A stretch of 64,000 nucleotides of DNA from Balanoglossus misakiensis (Eukaryota > Animalia > Hemichordata). Positions 47,201-62,200 of the stretch are shown here, one piece after another. The translations under genes and the position numbers were made by a program. How positions within the stretch are numbered: position 1 is the first letter of the stretch; every line of letters starts with the position of its first letter. The notes beneath the pieces were generated by a model that had not been told where the DNA came from, did no database searches, and worked only from the letters and a program-made list of their open reading frames with translations. Location: contig CM082593.2 in assembly GCA_040954595.2 (NCBI GenBank), positions 6,913,579 to 6,977,578 on the forward strand, in the 5' to 3' direction.

Positions 47201-50200
47201 GTTATAGCCCATGAAAATCATCCAAAAATGACGATTTTTCGACTTTGCGAGATATCAAAATTTCTTCATTTTTTTTGAAAAAATCATGGGTTATAGCCCA
47301 TGAAAATCATCCAAAAATGACGATTTTTCGACTTTGCGAGATATCAAAATTCCTTCATTTTTTTGAAAAAATCATGGGTTATAGCCCATGAAAATCATCC
47401 AAAATTGACGATTTTTCGACTTTGCGAGATATCAAAATTTCTTCATTTTTTTGAAAAAATCATGGGTTATAGCCATGAAAATCATCCAAAAATGACGATT
47501 TTTCCACTTTGCGAGATATCAAAATTTCTTCATTTTTTTGAAAAAATCATGGGTTATAGCCCATGAAAATCATCCAAAATTGACGATTTTTCGACTTTGC
47601 GAGATATCAAAATTTCTTCATTTTTTTGAAAAAATCATGGGTTATAGCCCATGAAAATCATCCAAAAATGACGATTTTTCGACTTTGCGAGATATCAAAA
47701 TTTCTTCATTTTTTTGAAAAAATCATGGGTTATAGCCCATGAAAATCATCCAAAAATGACGATTTTTCGACTTTGCGAGATATCAAAATTTCTTCATTTT
47801 TTTGAAAAAATCATGCGTTATAGCCCATGAAAATCATCCAAAAATGACGATTTTTCGACTTTGCGAGATATCAAAATTTCTTCATTTTTTTTAAAAAATC
47901 ATGGGTTATAGCCCATGAAAATCATCCAAAATTGACCATTTTTCGACTTTGCGAGATATCAAAATTTCTTCATTTTTTTGAAAAAATCATGGGTTATAGC
48001 CCATGAAAATCATCCAAAAATGACGATTTTTCGACTTTGCGAGATATCAAAATTTCTTCATTTTTTTGAAAAAATCATGGGTTATAGCCCATGAAAATCA
48101 TCCAAAAATGACGATTTTTCGAATTTGCGAGATATCAAAATTTCTTCATTTTTTTGAAAAAATCATGGGTTATAGCCCATGAAAATCATCCAAAAATGAC
48201 GATTTTTCGACTTTGCGAGATATCAAAATTTCTTCATTTTTTTTGAAAAAAATCATGGGTTATAGCCCATGAAAATCATCCAAAAATGACGATTTTTCGA
48301 CTTTGCGAGATATCAAAATTCCTTCATTTTTTTGAAAAAATCATGGGTTATAGCCCATGAAAATCATCCAAAATTGACGATTTTTCGACTTTGCGAGATA
48401 TCAAAATTTCTTCATTTTTTTGAAAAAATCATGGGTTATAGCCCATGAAAATCATCCAAAAATGACGATTTTTCCACTTTGCGAGATATCAAAATTTCTT
48501 CATTTTTTTGAAAAAATCATGGGTTATAGCCCATGAAAATCTTCCAAAAATGACGATTTTTCGACTTTGCGAGATATCAAAATTTCTTCATTTTTTTGAA
48601 AAAATCATGGGTTATAGCCCATGAAAATCATCCAAAAATGACGATTTTTCGACTTTGCGAGATATCAAAATTTCTTCATTTTTTTTAAAAAATCATGGGT
48701 TATAGCCCATGAAAATCATCCAAAAATGACGATTTTTCGACTTTGCGAGATATCAAAATTTCTTCATTTTTTTGAAAAAATCATGGGTTATAGCCCATGA
48801 AAATCATCCAAAAATGACGATTTTTCGACTTTGCGAGATATCAAAATTTCTTCATTTTTTTGAAAAAATCATGGGTTATAGCCCATGAAAATCATCCAAA
48901 AATGACGATTTTTCGACTTTGCGAGATATCAAAATTTCTTCATTTTTTTGAAAAAATCATGGGTTATAGCCCATGAAAATCATCCAAAATTGACCATTTT
49001 TCGACTTTGCGAGATATCAAAATTTCTTGATTTTTTTGAAAAAATCATGGGTTATAGCCCATGAAAATCATCCAAAATTGACCATTTTTCGACTTTGCGA
49101 GATATCAAAATTTCTTCATTTTTTTGAAAAAATCATGGGTTATAGCCCATGAAAATCATCCAAAATTGACGATTTTTCGACTTTGCGTGATATCAAAATT
49201 TCTTCATTTTTTTGAAAAAATCATGGGTTATAGCCCATGAAAATCATCCAAAAATGACGATTTTTCGACTTTGCGAGATATCAAAATTTCTTCATTTTTT
49301 TGAAAAAATCATGGGTTATAGCCCATGAAAATCATCCAAAAATGACGATTTTTCGACTTTGCGAGATATCAAAATTTCTTCATTTTTTTGAAAAAATCAT
49401 GGGTTATAGCCCATGAAAATCATCCAAAAATGACGATTTTTCGACTTTGCGAGATATCAAAATTTCTTCATTTTTTTGAAAAAATCATGGGTTATAGCCC
49501 ATGAAAATCATCCAAAAATGACGATTTTTCCACTTTGCGAGATATCAAAATTTCTTCATTTTTTTGAAAAAATCATGGGTTATAGCCCATGAAAATCATC
49601 CAAAATTGACGATTTTTCGACTTTGCGAGATATCAAAATTTCTTCATTTTTTTGAAAAAATCATGGGTTATAGCCCATGAAAATCATCCAAAATTGACGA
49701 TTTTTCCACTTTGCGAGATATCAAAATTTCTTCATTTTTTTGAAAAAATCATGGGTTATAGCCCATGAAAATCATCCAAAAATGACGATTTTTCGACTTT
49801 GCGAGATATCAAAATTTCTTCATTTTTTTAAAAAAATCATGGGTTATAGCCCATGAAAATCATCCAAAAATGACGATTTTTCGACTTTGCGAGATATCAA
49901 AATTTCTTCATTTTTTGAAAAAATCATGGGTTATAGCCCATGAAAATCATCAAAAAATGACGATTTTTCCACTTTTCGAGATATCAAAATTTCTTCATTT
50001 TTTTGAAAAAATCATGGGTTATAGCCCATGAAAATCATCCAAAAATGACGATTTTTCGACTTTGCGAGATATCAAAATTTCTTCATTTTTTTGAAAAAAT
50101 CATGGGTTATAGCCCATGAAAATCATCCAAAAATGACGATTTTTCGACTTTGCGAGATATCAAAATTTCTTCATTTTTTTGAAAAAATCATGGGTTATAG

Positions 50201-53200
50201 CCCATGAAAATCATCCAAAAATGACGATTTTTCGACTTTGCGAGATATCAAAATTTCTTCATTTTTTTGAAAAAATCATGGGTTATAGCCCATGAAAATC
50301 ATCCAAAAATGACGATTTTTCGACTTTGCGAGATATCAAAATTTATTCATTTTTTTGAAAAAATCATGGGTTATAGCCCATGAAAATCATCCAAAATTGA
50401 CGATTTTTCGACTTTGCGAGATATCAAAATTTCTTCATTTTTTTGAAAAAATCATGGGTTATAGCCCATGAAAATCATCCAAAAATGACGATTTTTCGAC
50501 TTTGCGAGATATCAAAATTTCTTCATTTTTTTGAAAAAATCATGGGTTATAGCCCATGAAAATCATCCAAAAATGACGATTTTTCGACTTTGCGAGATAT
50601 CAAAATTTCTTCATTTTTTTGAAAAAATCATGGGTTATAGCCCATGAAAATCATCCAAAAATGACGATTTTTCGACTTTGCGAGATATCAAAATTTCTTC
50701 ATTTTTTTGAAAAAATCATGGGTTATAGCCCATGAAAATCATCCAAAATTGACGATTTTTCCACTTTGCTAGATATCAAAATTTCTTCATTTTTTTGAAA
50801 AAATCATGGGTTATAGCCCATAAAAATCATCCAAAATGACGATTTTTCGACTTTGCGAGATATCAAAATTTCTTCATTTTTTTGAAAAAATCATGGGTTA
50901 TAGCCCATGAAAATCATCCAAAAATGACGATTTTTCGACTTTGCGAGATATCAAAATTTCTTCATTTTTTTGAAAAAATCATGGGTTATAGCCCTTGAAA
51001 ATCATCCAAAAATGACGATTTTTCGACTTTGCGAGATATCAAAATTTCTTCATTTTTTTGAAAAAATCATGGGTTATAGCCCATGAAAATCATCCAAAAA
51101 TGACGATTTTTCGACTTTGCGAGATATCAAAATTTCTTCATTTTTTTGAAAAAATCATGGGTTATAGCCCATGAAAATCATCCAAAATTGTCGATTTTTC
51201 CACTTTGCGAGATATCAAAATTTCTTCATTTTTTTGAAAAAATCATGGGTTATAGCCCATGAAAATCATCCAAAATTGTCGATTTTTCCACTTTGCGAGA
51301 TATCAAAATTTCTTCATTTTTTTGGAAAAATCATGGGTTATAGCCCATGAAAATCATCCAAAAATGACGATTTTTCGACTTTGCGAGATATCAAAATTTC
51401 TTCATTTTTTGAAAAAATCATGGGTTATAGCCCATGAAAATCATCCAAAAATGACGATTTTTCGACTTTGCGAGATATCAAAATTTCTTCATTTTTTTGA
51501 AAAAATCATGGGTTATAGCCCATGAAAATCATCCAAAAATGACGATTTTTCGACTTTGCGAGATATCAAAATTTCTTCATTTTTTGAAAAAATCATGGGT
51601 TATAGCCCATGAAAATCATCCAAAAATGACGATTTTTCGACTCTGCGAGATATCAAAATTTCTTCATTTTTTTGAAAAAATCATGGGTTATAGCCCATGA
51701 AAATCATCCAAAATTGACGATTTTTCGACTCTGCGAGATATCAAATTTTTTTCATTTTTTTGAAAAAATTATGGGTTATAGCCCATGAAAATCATCCAAA
51801 ATTGACCATTTTTCGACTGTACGAGATATCAAAATTTCTTCATTTTTTTGAAAAAATCATGGGTTATAGCCCATGAAAATCATCCAAAAATGACGATTTT
51901 TCGACTTTGCGAGATATCAAAATTTCTTCATTTTTTTGAAAAAATCATGGGTTATAGCCCATGAAAATCATCCAAAAATGACAATTTTTCCACTTTGCGA
52001 GATATCAAAATTTCTTCATTTTTTTGAAAAAATCATGGGTTATAGCCCATGAAAATCATCCAAAATTGACGATTTTTCCACTTTGCGAGATATCAAAATT
52101 TCTTCATTTTTTTGAAAAAATCATGGGTTATAGCCCATGAAAATCATCCAAAAATGACGATTTTTCCACTTTGCGAGATATCAAAATTTCTTCATTTTTT
52201 TGAAAAAAATCATGGGTTATAGCCCATGAAAATCATCCAAAAATGACGATTTTTCCACTTTGCGAGATATCAAAATTTCTTCATTTTTTGAAAAAATCAT
52301 GGGTTATAGCCCATGAAAATCATCCAAAAATGACGATTTTTCCGACTTTGCGAGATATCAAAATTTCTTCATTTTTTTGAAAAAATCATGGGTTATAGCC
52401 CATGAAAATCATCCAAAAATGACGATTTTTCGACTTTGCGAGATATCAAAATTTCTTCATTTTTTTGAAAAAATCATGGGTTATAGCCCATGAAAATCAT
52501 CCAAAAATTGACGATTTTTCGACTTTGCGAGATATCAAAATTTCTTCATTTTTTGAAAAAATCATGGGTTATAGCCCATGAAAATCATCCAAAAATGACC
52601 ATTTTTCGACTTTGCGAGATATCAAAATTTTTCATTTTTTTGAAAAAATCATGGGTTATAGCCCATGAAAATAATCCAAAAATGACAATTTTCGACTTTG
52701 CGAGATATCAAAATTTCTTCATTTTTTTGAAAAAATCATGGGTTATAGCCCATGAAAATCATCCAAAATTGACAATTTTTCGACTTTACGAGATATCAAA
52801 ATTTCTTCATTTTTTTGAAAAAATCATGGGTTATAGCCCATGAAAATCATCCAAAAATGACGATTTTTCGATTTGCGAGATATCAAAATTTCTTCATTTT
52901 TTTGAAAAAATCATGGGTTATAGCCCATGAAAATCATCCAAAATTGACGATTTTTCGACTTTGCGAGATATCAAAATTTCTTCATTTTTTGAAAAAATCA
53001 TGGGTTATAGCCCATGAAAATCATCCAAAATTGACCATTTTTCGACTTTGCGAGATATCAAAATTTCTTCATTTTTTTGAAAAAAATCATGGGTTATAGC
53101 CCATGAAAATCATCCAAAATTGACGATTTTTCGACTTTGCGTGATATCAAAATTTCTTCATTTTTTTGAAAAAATCATGGGTTATAGCCCATGAAAATCA

Positions 53201-56200
53201 TCCAAAAATGACGATTTTTCCACTTGCGAGATATCAAAATTTCTTCATTTTTTTGAAAAAAATCATGGGTTATAGCCCATGAAAATCATCCAAAAATGAC
53301 GATTTTTCCACTTTGCGAGATATCAAAATTTCTTCATTTTTTTGAAAAATCATGGGTTATAGCCCATGAAAATCATCCAAAAATGACAATTTTCGACTTT
53401 GCGAGATATCAAAATTTCTTCATTTTTTTGAAAAAATCATGGGTTATAGCCCATGAAAATCATCCAAAAATGACGATTTTTCGACTTTGCGAGATATCAA
53501 AATTTCTTCATTTTTTTGAAAAAATCATGGGTTATAGCCCATGAAAATCATCCAAAATTGACGATTTTTCGACTTTGCGAGATATCAAAATTTCTTCCTT
53601 TTTTGAAAAAATCATGGGTTATAGCCCATGAAAATCATCCAAAAATGACATTTTTCGACTTTGCGAGATATCAAAATTTTTTCATTTTTTTGAAAAAATC
53701 ATGGGTTATAGCCCATGAAAATAATCCAAAAATGACAATTTTTCGACTTTGCGAGATATCAAAATTTCTTCATTTTTTTGAAAAAATCATGGGTTATAGC
53801 CCATGAAAATCATCCAAAATTGACAATTTTTCGACTTTACGAGATATCAAAATTTCTTCATTTTTTGAAAAAATCATGGGTTATAGCCCATGAAAATCAT
53901 CCAAAAATGACGATTTTTCGATTTGCGAGATATCAAAATTTCTTCATTTTTTTGAAAAAATCATGGGTTATAGCCCATGAAAATCATCCAAAATTGACGA
54001 TTTTTCGACTTTGCGAGATATCAAAATTTCTTCATTTTTTTGAAAAAATCATGGGTTATAGCCCATGAAAATCATCCAAAATTGACCATTTTTCGACTTT
54101 GCGAGATATCAAAATTTCTTCATTTTTTTGAAAAAATCATGGGTTATAGCCCATGAAAATCATCCAAAATTGACGATTTTTCGACTTTGCGAGATATCAA
54201 AATTTCTTCATTTTTTTGAAAAAATCATGGGTTATAGCCCATGAAAATCATCCAAAAATGACGATTTTTCGACTTTGCGAGATATCAAAATTTCTTCATT
54301 TTTTTGAAAAAATCATGGGTTATAGCCCATGAAAATCATCCAAAATTGACGATTTTTCGACTTTGCGAGATATCAAAATTTCTTCATTTTTTTGAAAAAA
54401 TCATGGGTTATAGCCCATGAAAATCATCCAAAAATGACGATTTTTCAACTTTGCGAGATATCAAAATTTCTTCATTTTTTTGAAAAATCATGGGTTATAG
54501 CCCATGAAAATCATCCAAAAATGACGATTTTTCCACTTTGCGAGATATCAAAATTTCTTCATTTTTTTGAAAAAATCATGGGTTATAGCCCATGAAAATC
54601 ATCCAAAAATGACGATTTTTCCACTTTGCGAGATATCAAAATTTCTTCATTTTTTTGAAAAAATCATGGGTTATAGCCCATGAAAATCATCCAAAAATGA
54701 CGATTTTTCCAACTTTGCGAGATATCAAAATTTCTTCATTTTTTGAAAAAATCATGGGTTATAGCCCATGAAAATCATCCAAAAATGACGATTTTTCCAC
54801 TTTGCGAGATATCAAAATTTCTTCATTTTTTTGAAAAAATCATGGGTTATAGCCCATGAAAATCATCCAAAAATGACAATTTTTCGACTTTGCGAGATAT
54901 CAAAATTTCTTCATTTTTTGAAAAAATCATGGGTTATAGCCCATGAAAATCATCCAAAAATGACGATTTTTCGACTTTGCGAGATATCAAAATTTCTTCA
55001 TTTTTTTGAAAAAATCATGGGTTATAGCCCATGAAAATCATCCAAAAATGACGATTTTTCGACTTTGCGAGATATCAAAATTTTCTTCATTTTTTTGAAA
55101 AAATCATGGGTTATAGCCCATGAAAATCATCCAAAAATGACGATTTTTCGACTTTGCGAGATATCAAAATTTCTTCATTTTTTTGAAAAAATCATGGGTT
55201 ATAGCCCATGAAAATCATCCAAAATTGACGATTTTTCGACTTTGCGAGATATCAAAATTTCTTCATTTTTTTGAAAAAATCATGGGTTATAGCCCATGAA
55301 AATCATCCAAAATGACGATTTTTCGACTTTGCGAGATATCAAAATTTCTTCATTTTTTTGAAAAAATCATGGGTTATAGCCCATGAAAATCATCCAAAAA
55401 TGACCATTTTTCGACTTTGCGAGATATCAAAATTTCTTCATTTTTTTGAAAAAATCATGGGTTATAGCCCATGAAAATCATCCAAAAATGACCATTTTTC
55501 GACTTTGCGAGATATCAAAATTTCTTCATTTTTTTGAAAAAATCATGGGTTATAGCCCATGAAAATCATCCAAAATTGACCATTTTTCGACTTTGCGAGA
55601 TATCAAAATTTCTTCATTTTTTTGAAAAAATCATGGGTTATAGCCCATGAAAATCATCCAAAAATGACCATTTTTCGACTTTGCGAGATATCAAAATTTC
55701 TTCATTTTTTTGAAAAAATCATGGGTTATAGCCCATGAAAATCATCCAAAAATGACGATTTTCCACTTTGCGAGATATCAAAATTTCTTCATTTTTTTGA
55801 AAAAATCATGGGTTATAGCCCATGAAAATCATCCAAAAATGACGATTTTCCACTTTGCGAGATATCAAAATTTCTTCATTTTTTTGAAAAAATCATGGGT
55901 TATAGCCCATGAAAATTATCCAAAAATGACGATTTTTCCACTTTGCGAGATATCAAAATTTCTTCATTTTTTTGAAAAAATCATGGGTTATAGCCCATGA
56001 AAATCATCCAAAAATGACGATTTTTCCACTTTGCGAGATATCAAAATTTCTTCATTTTTTTGAAAAAATCATGGGTTATAGCCCATGAAAATCATCCAAA
56101 AATGACGATTTTTCCACTTTGCGAGATATCAAAATTTCTTCATTTTTTTGAAAAAATCATGGGTTATAGCCCATGAAAATCATCCAAAAATGACGATTTT

Positions 56201-59200
56201 TCCACTTTGCGAGATATCAAAATTTCTTCATTTTTTTGAAAAAATCATGGGTTATAGCCCATGAAAATCATCCAAAATTGACGATTTTTCCACTTTGCGA
56301 GATATCAAAATTTCTTCATTTTTTTGAAAAAATCATGGGTTATAGCCCATGAAAATCATCCAAAAATGACAATTTTTCGACTTTGCGAGATATCAAAATT
56401 TCTTCATTTTTTTGAAAAAATCATGGGTTATAGCCCATGAAAATCATCCAAAAATGACGATTTTTCGACTTTGCGAGATATCAAAATTTCTTCATTTTTT
56501 TGAAAAAATCATGGGTTATAGCCCATGAAAATCATCCAAAAATGACGATTTTTCGACTTTGCGAGATATCAAAATTTCTTCATTTTTTGAAAAAATCATG
56601 GGTTATAGCCCATGAAAATCATCCAAAAATGACCATTTTTCGACTTTGCGAGATATCAAAATTTCTTCATTTTTTTGAAAAAATCATGGGTTATAGCCCA
56701 TGAAAATCATCCAAAAATGACCATTTTTCGACTTTGCGAGATATCAAAATTTCTTCATTTTTTTGAAAAAATCATGGGTTATAGCCCATGAAAATCATCC
56801 AAAAATGACGATTTTTCGACTTTGCGAGATATCAAAATTTCTTCATTTTTTTGAAAAAATCATGGGTTATAGCCCATGAAAATCATCCAAAATTGACCAT
56901 TTTTCGACTTTGCGAGATATCAAAATTTCTTCATTTTTTTGAAAAAATCATGGGTTATAGCCCATGAAAATCATCCAAAATTGACCATTTTTCGACTTTG
57001 CGAGATATCAAAATTTCTTCATTTTTTTGAAAAAATCATGGGTTATAGCCCATGAAAATCATCCAAAAATGACGATTTTTCCACTTTGCGAGATATCAAA
57101 ATTTCTTCATTTTTTTGAAAAAATCATGGGTTATAGCCCATGAAAATCATCCAAAAATGACGATTTTTCCACTTTGCGAGATATCAAAATTTCTTCATTT
57201 TTTTGAAAAAATCATGGGTTATAGCCCATGAAAATCATCCAAAAATGACGATTTTTCCACTTTGCGAGATATCAAAATTTCTTCATTTTTTTGAAAAAAT
57301 CATGGGTTATAGCCCATGAAAATCATCCAAAAATGACGATTTTTCGACTTTGCGAGATATCAAAATTTCTTCATTTTTTTGAAAAAATCATGGGTTATAG
57401 CCCATGAAAATCATCCAAAATTGACGATTTTTCGACTTTGCGAGATATCAAAATTTCTTCATTTTTTGAAAAAATCATGGGTTATAGCCCATGAAAATCA
57501 TCCAAAAATGACCATTTTTCGACTTTGCGAGATATCAAAATTTCTTCATTTTTTTTGAAAAAATCATGGGTTATAGCCCATGAAAATAATCCAAAAATGA
57601 CCATTTTTCGACTTTGCGAGATATCAAAATTTTTCATTTTTTTGAAAAAATCATGGGTTATAGCCCATGAAAATCATCCAAAAATGACCATTTTTCGACT
57701 TTGCGAGATATCAAAATTTCTTCATTTTTTTGAAAAAATCATGGGTTATAGCCCATGAAAATCATCCAAAAATGACCATTTTTCGACTTTGCGAGATATC
57801 AAAATTTCTTCATTTTTTTGAAAAAATCATGGGTTATAGCCCATGAAAATCATCCAAAATTGACGATTTTTCGACTTTGCGAGATATCAAAATTTCTTCA
57901 TTTTTTTGAAAAAATCATGGGTTATAGCCCATGAAAATCATCCAAAAATGACGATTTTCAACTTTGCGAGATATCAAAATTTCTTCATTTTTTTGAAAAA
58001 ATCATGGGTTATAGCCCATGAAAATCATCCAAAAATGACGATTTTTCCACTTTGCGAGATATCAAATTTCTTCATTTTTTTGAAAAAATCATGGGTTATA
58101 GCCCATGAAAAATCATCCAAAAATGACCATTTTTCCACTTTGCGAGATATCAAAATTTCTTCATTTTTTGAAAAAATCATGGGTTATAGCCCATGAAAAT
58201 CATCCAAAAATGACGATTTTTCGACTTTGCGAGATATCAAAATTTCTTCATTGTTTTGAAAAAATCATGGGTTATAGCCCATGAAAATCATCCAAAAATG
58301 ACGATTTTTCGACTTTGCGAGATATCAAAATTTCTTCATTTTTTGAAAAAATCATGGGTTATAGCCCATGAAAATCATCCAAAAATGACCATTTTCGACT
58401 TTGCGAGATATCAAAATTTCTTCATTTTTTTGAAAAAATCATGGGTTATAGCCCATGAAAATAATCCAAAAATGACCATTTTTCGACTTTGCGAGATATC
58501 AAAATTTCTTCATTTTTTGAAAAAATCATGGGTTATAGCCCATGAAAATCATCCAAAAAGGACGATTTTTCGACTTTGCGAGATATCAAAATTTCTTCAT
58601 TTTTTTGAAAAAATCATGGGTTATAGCCCATGAAAATCATCCAAAAATGACGATTTTTCGACTTTGCGAGATATCAAAATTTCTTCATTTTTTTGAAAAA
58701 ATCATGGGTTATAGCCCATGAAAATCATCCAAAATTGACGATTTTTCGACTTTGCGAGATATCAAAATTTCTTCATTTTTTTGAAAAAATCATGGGTTAT
58801 AGCCCATGAAAATCATCCAAAAATTGACGATTTTTCGACTTTGCGAGATATCAAAATTTCTTCATTTTTTTGAAAAAATCATGGGTTATAGCCCATGAAA
58901 ATCATCAAAAATTGACGATTTTTCCACTTTGCGAGATATCAAAATTTCTTCATTTTTTTGAAAAAATCATGGGTTATAGCCCATGAAAATCATCAAAAAT
59001 TGACGATTTTTCCACTTTGCGAGATATCAAAATTTCTTCATTTTTTTGAAAAAATCATGGGTTATAGCCCATGAAAATCATCCAAAAATGACGATTTTTC
59101 GACTTTGCGAGATATCAAAATTTCTTCATTTTTTGAAAAAATCATGGGTTATAGCCCATGAAAATCATCCAAAAATGACGATTTTTCCACTTTGCGAGAT

Positions 59201-62200
59201 ATCAAAATTTCTTCATTTTTTTGAAAAAATCATGGGTTATAGCCCATGAAAATCATCCAAAATTGACGATTTTTCCACTTTGCGAGATATCAAAATTTCT
59301 TCATTTTTTTGAAAAAATCATGGGTTATAGCCCATGAAAATCATCCAAAAATGACGATTTTTCGACTTTGCGAGATATCAAAATTTCTTCATTTTTTTTG
59401 AAAAAATCATGGGTTATAGCCCATGAAAATCATCCAAAAATGACGATTTTTCGACTTTGCGAGATATCAAAATTTCTTCATTTTTTTGAAAAAATCATGG
59501 GTTATAGCCCATGAAAATCATCCAAAATTGACGATTTTTCGACTTTGCGAGATATCAAAATTTCTTCATTTTTTTGAAAAAATCATGGGTTATAGCCCAT
59601 GAAAATCATCCAAAAATGACGATTTTTCGACTTTGCGAGATATCAAAATTTCTTCATTTTTTTGAAAAAATCATGGGTTATAGCCCATGAAAATCATCCA
59701 AAAATGACGATTTTTCGACTTTGCGAGATATCAAAATTTCTTCATTTTTTTGAAAAAATCATGGGTTATAGCCCATGAAAATCATCCAAAAATGACGATT
59801 TTTCGACTTTGCGAGATATCAAAATTTCTTCATTTTTTTGAAAAAATCATGGGTTATAGCCCATGAAAATCATCCAAAATTGACGATTTTTCGACTTTGC
59901 GAGATATCAAAATTTCTTCATTTTTTTGAAAAAATCATGGGTTATAGCCCATGAAAATCATCTAAAAATGACGATTTTTCAACTTTGCGAGATATCAAAA
60001 TTTCTTCATTTTTTTGAAAAAATCATGGGTTATAGCCCATGAAAATCATCCAAAAATGACGATTTTTCCACTTTGCGAGATATCAAAATTTCTTCATTTT
60101 TTGAAAAAATCATGGGTTATAGCCCATGAAAATCATCCAAAATTGACGATTTTTCGACTTTGCGAGATATCAAAATTTCTTCATTTTTTTGAAAAAATCA
60201 TGGGTTATAGCCCATGAAAATCATCAAAAATTGACGATTTTTCCACTTTGCGAGATATCAAAATTCTTCATTTTTTTGAAAAAATCATGGGTTATAGCCC
60301 ATGAAAATCATCCAAAAATGACGATTTTTCGACTTTGCGAGATATCAAAATTTCTTCATTGTTTTGAAAAAATCATGGGTTATAGCCCATGAAAATCATC
60401 CAAAAATGACGATTTTTCGACTTTGCGAGATATCAAAATTTCTTCATTTTTTTGAAAAAATCATGGGTTATAGCCCATGAAAATCATCCAAAAATGACGA
60501 TTTTTCCACTTTGCGAGATATCAAAATTTCTTCATTTTTTTGAAAAAATCATGGGTTATAGCCCATGAAAATCATCCAAAATGACGATTTTTCCACTTTG
60601 CGAGATATCAAAATTTCTTCATTTTTTTGAAAAAATCATGGTTATAGCCCATGAAAATCATCCAAAAATGACGATTTTTCCACTTTGCGAGATATCAAAA
60701 TTTCTTCATTTTTTTGAAAAAATCATGGGTTATAGCCCATGAAAATCATCCAAAATTGACGATTTTTCGACTTTGCGAGATATCAAAATTTCTTCATTTT
60801 TTTGAAAAAATCATGGGTTATAGCCCATGAAAATCATCAAAAATTTACGATTTTTCCACTTTGCGAGATATCAAAATTTCTTCATTTTTTTGAAAAAATC
60901 ATGGGTTATAGCCCATGAAAATCATCCAAAATGACGATTTTTCCACTTTGCGAGATATCAAAATTTCTTCATTGTTTGAAAAAAATCATGGGTTATAGCC
61001 CATGAAAATCATCCAAAAATGACGATTTTTCCACTTTGCGAGATATCAAAATTTCTTCATTTTTTTGAAAAAATCATGGGTTATAGCCCATGAAAATCAT
61101 CCAAAAATGACGATTTTTCCACTTTGCGAGATATCAAAATTTCTTCATTTTTTTGAAAAAATCATGGGTTATAGCCCATGAAAATCATCCAAAAATGACG
61201 ATTTTTCCACTTGCGAGATATCAAAATTTCTTCATTTTTTTGAAAAAATCATGGGTTATAGCCCATGAAAATCATCCAAAAATGACGATTTTTCCACTTT
61301 GCGAGATATCAAAATTTCTTCATTTTTTTGAAAAAATCATGGGTTATAGCCCATGAAAATCATCCAAAAATGACGATTTTTCCACTTTGCGAGATATCAA
61401 AATTTCTTCATTTTTTTGAAAAAATCATGGGTTATAGCCCATGAAAATCATCCAAAATTGACGATTTTTCGACTTTGCGAGATATCAAAATTTCTTCATT
61501 TTTTTGAAAAAATCATGGGTTATAGCCCATGAAAATCATCCAAAAATTGACGATTTTTCGACTTTGCGAGATATCAAAATTTCTTCATTTTTTCGAAAAA
61601 ATCATGGGTTACAGCCCATGAAAATCATCAAAAATTGACGATTTTTCCAATTTGCGAGATATCAAAATTTCTTCATTTTTTTGAAAAAATCATGGGTTAT
61701 AGCCCATGAAAATCATCCAAAATTGACGATTTTTCGACTTTGCGAGATATCAAAATTTCTTCATTGTTTGAAAAAATCATGGGTTATAGCCCATGAAAAT
61801 CATCCAAAAATGACGATTTTTCGACTTTGCGAGATATCAAAATTTCTTCATTTTTTGAAAAAATCGTGGGTTATAGCCCATGAAAATCATCCAAAAATGA
61901 CGATTTTTCCACTTTGCGAGATATCAAAATTCTTCATTTTTTGAAAAAATCATGGGTTATAGCCCATGAAAATCATCCAAAAATGACGATTTTTCCACTT
62001 TGCGAGATATCAAAATTTCTTCATTTTTTGAAAAAATCATGGGTTATAGCCCATGAAAATCATCCAAAAATGACGATTTTTCCACTTTGCGAGATATCAA
62101 AATTTCTTCATTTTTTTGAAAAAATCATGGGTTATAGCCCATGAAAATCATCCAAAATTGACGATTTTTCGACTTTGCGAGATATCAAATTTCTTCATTT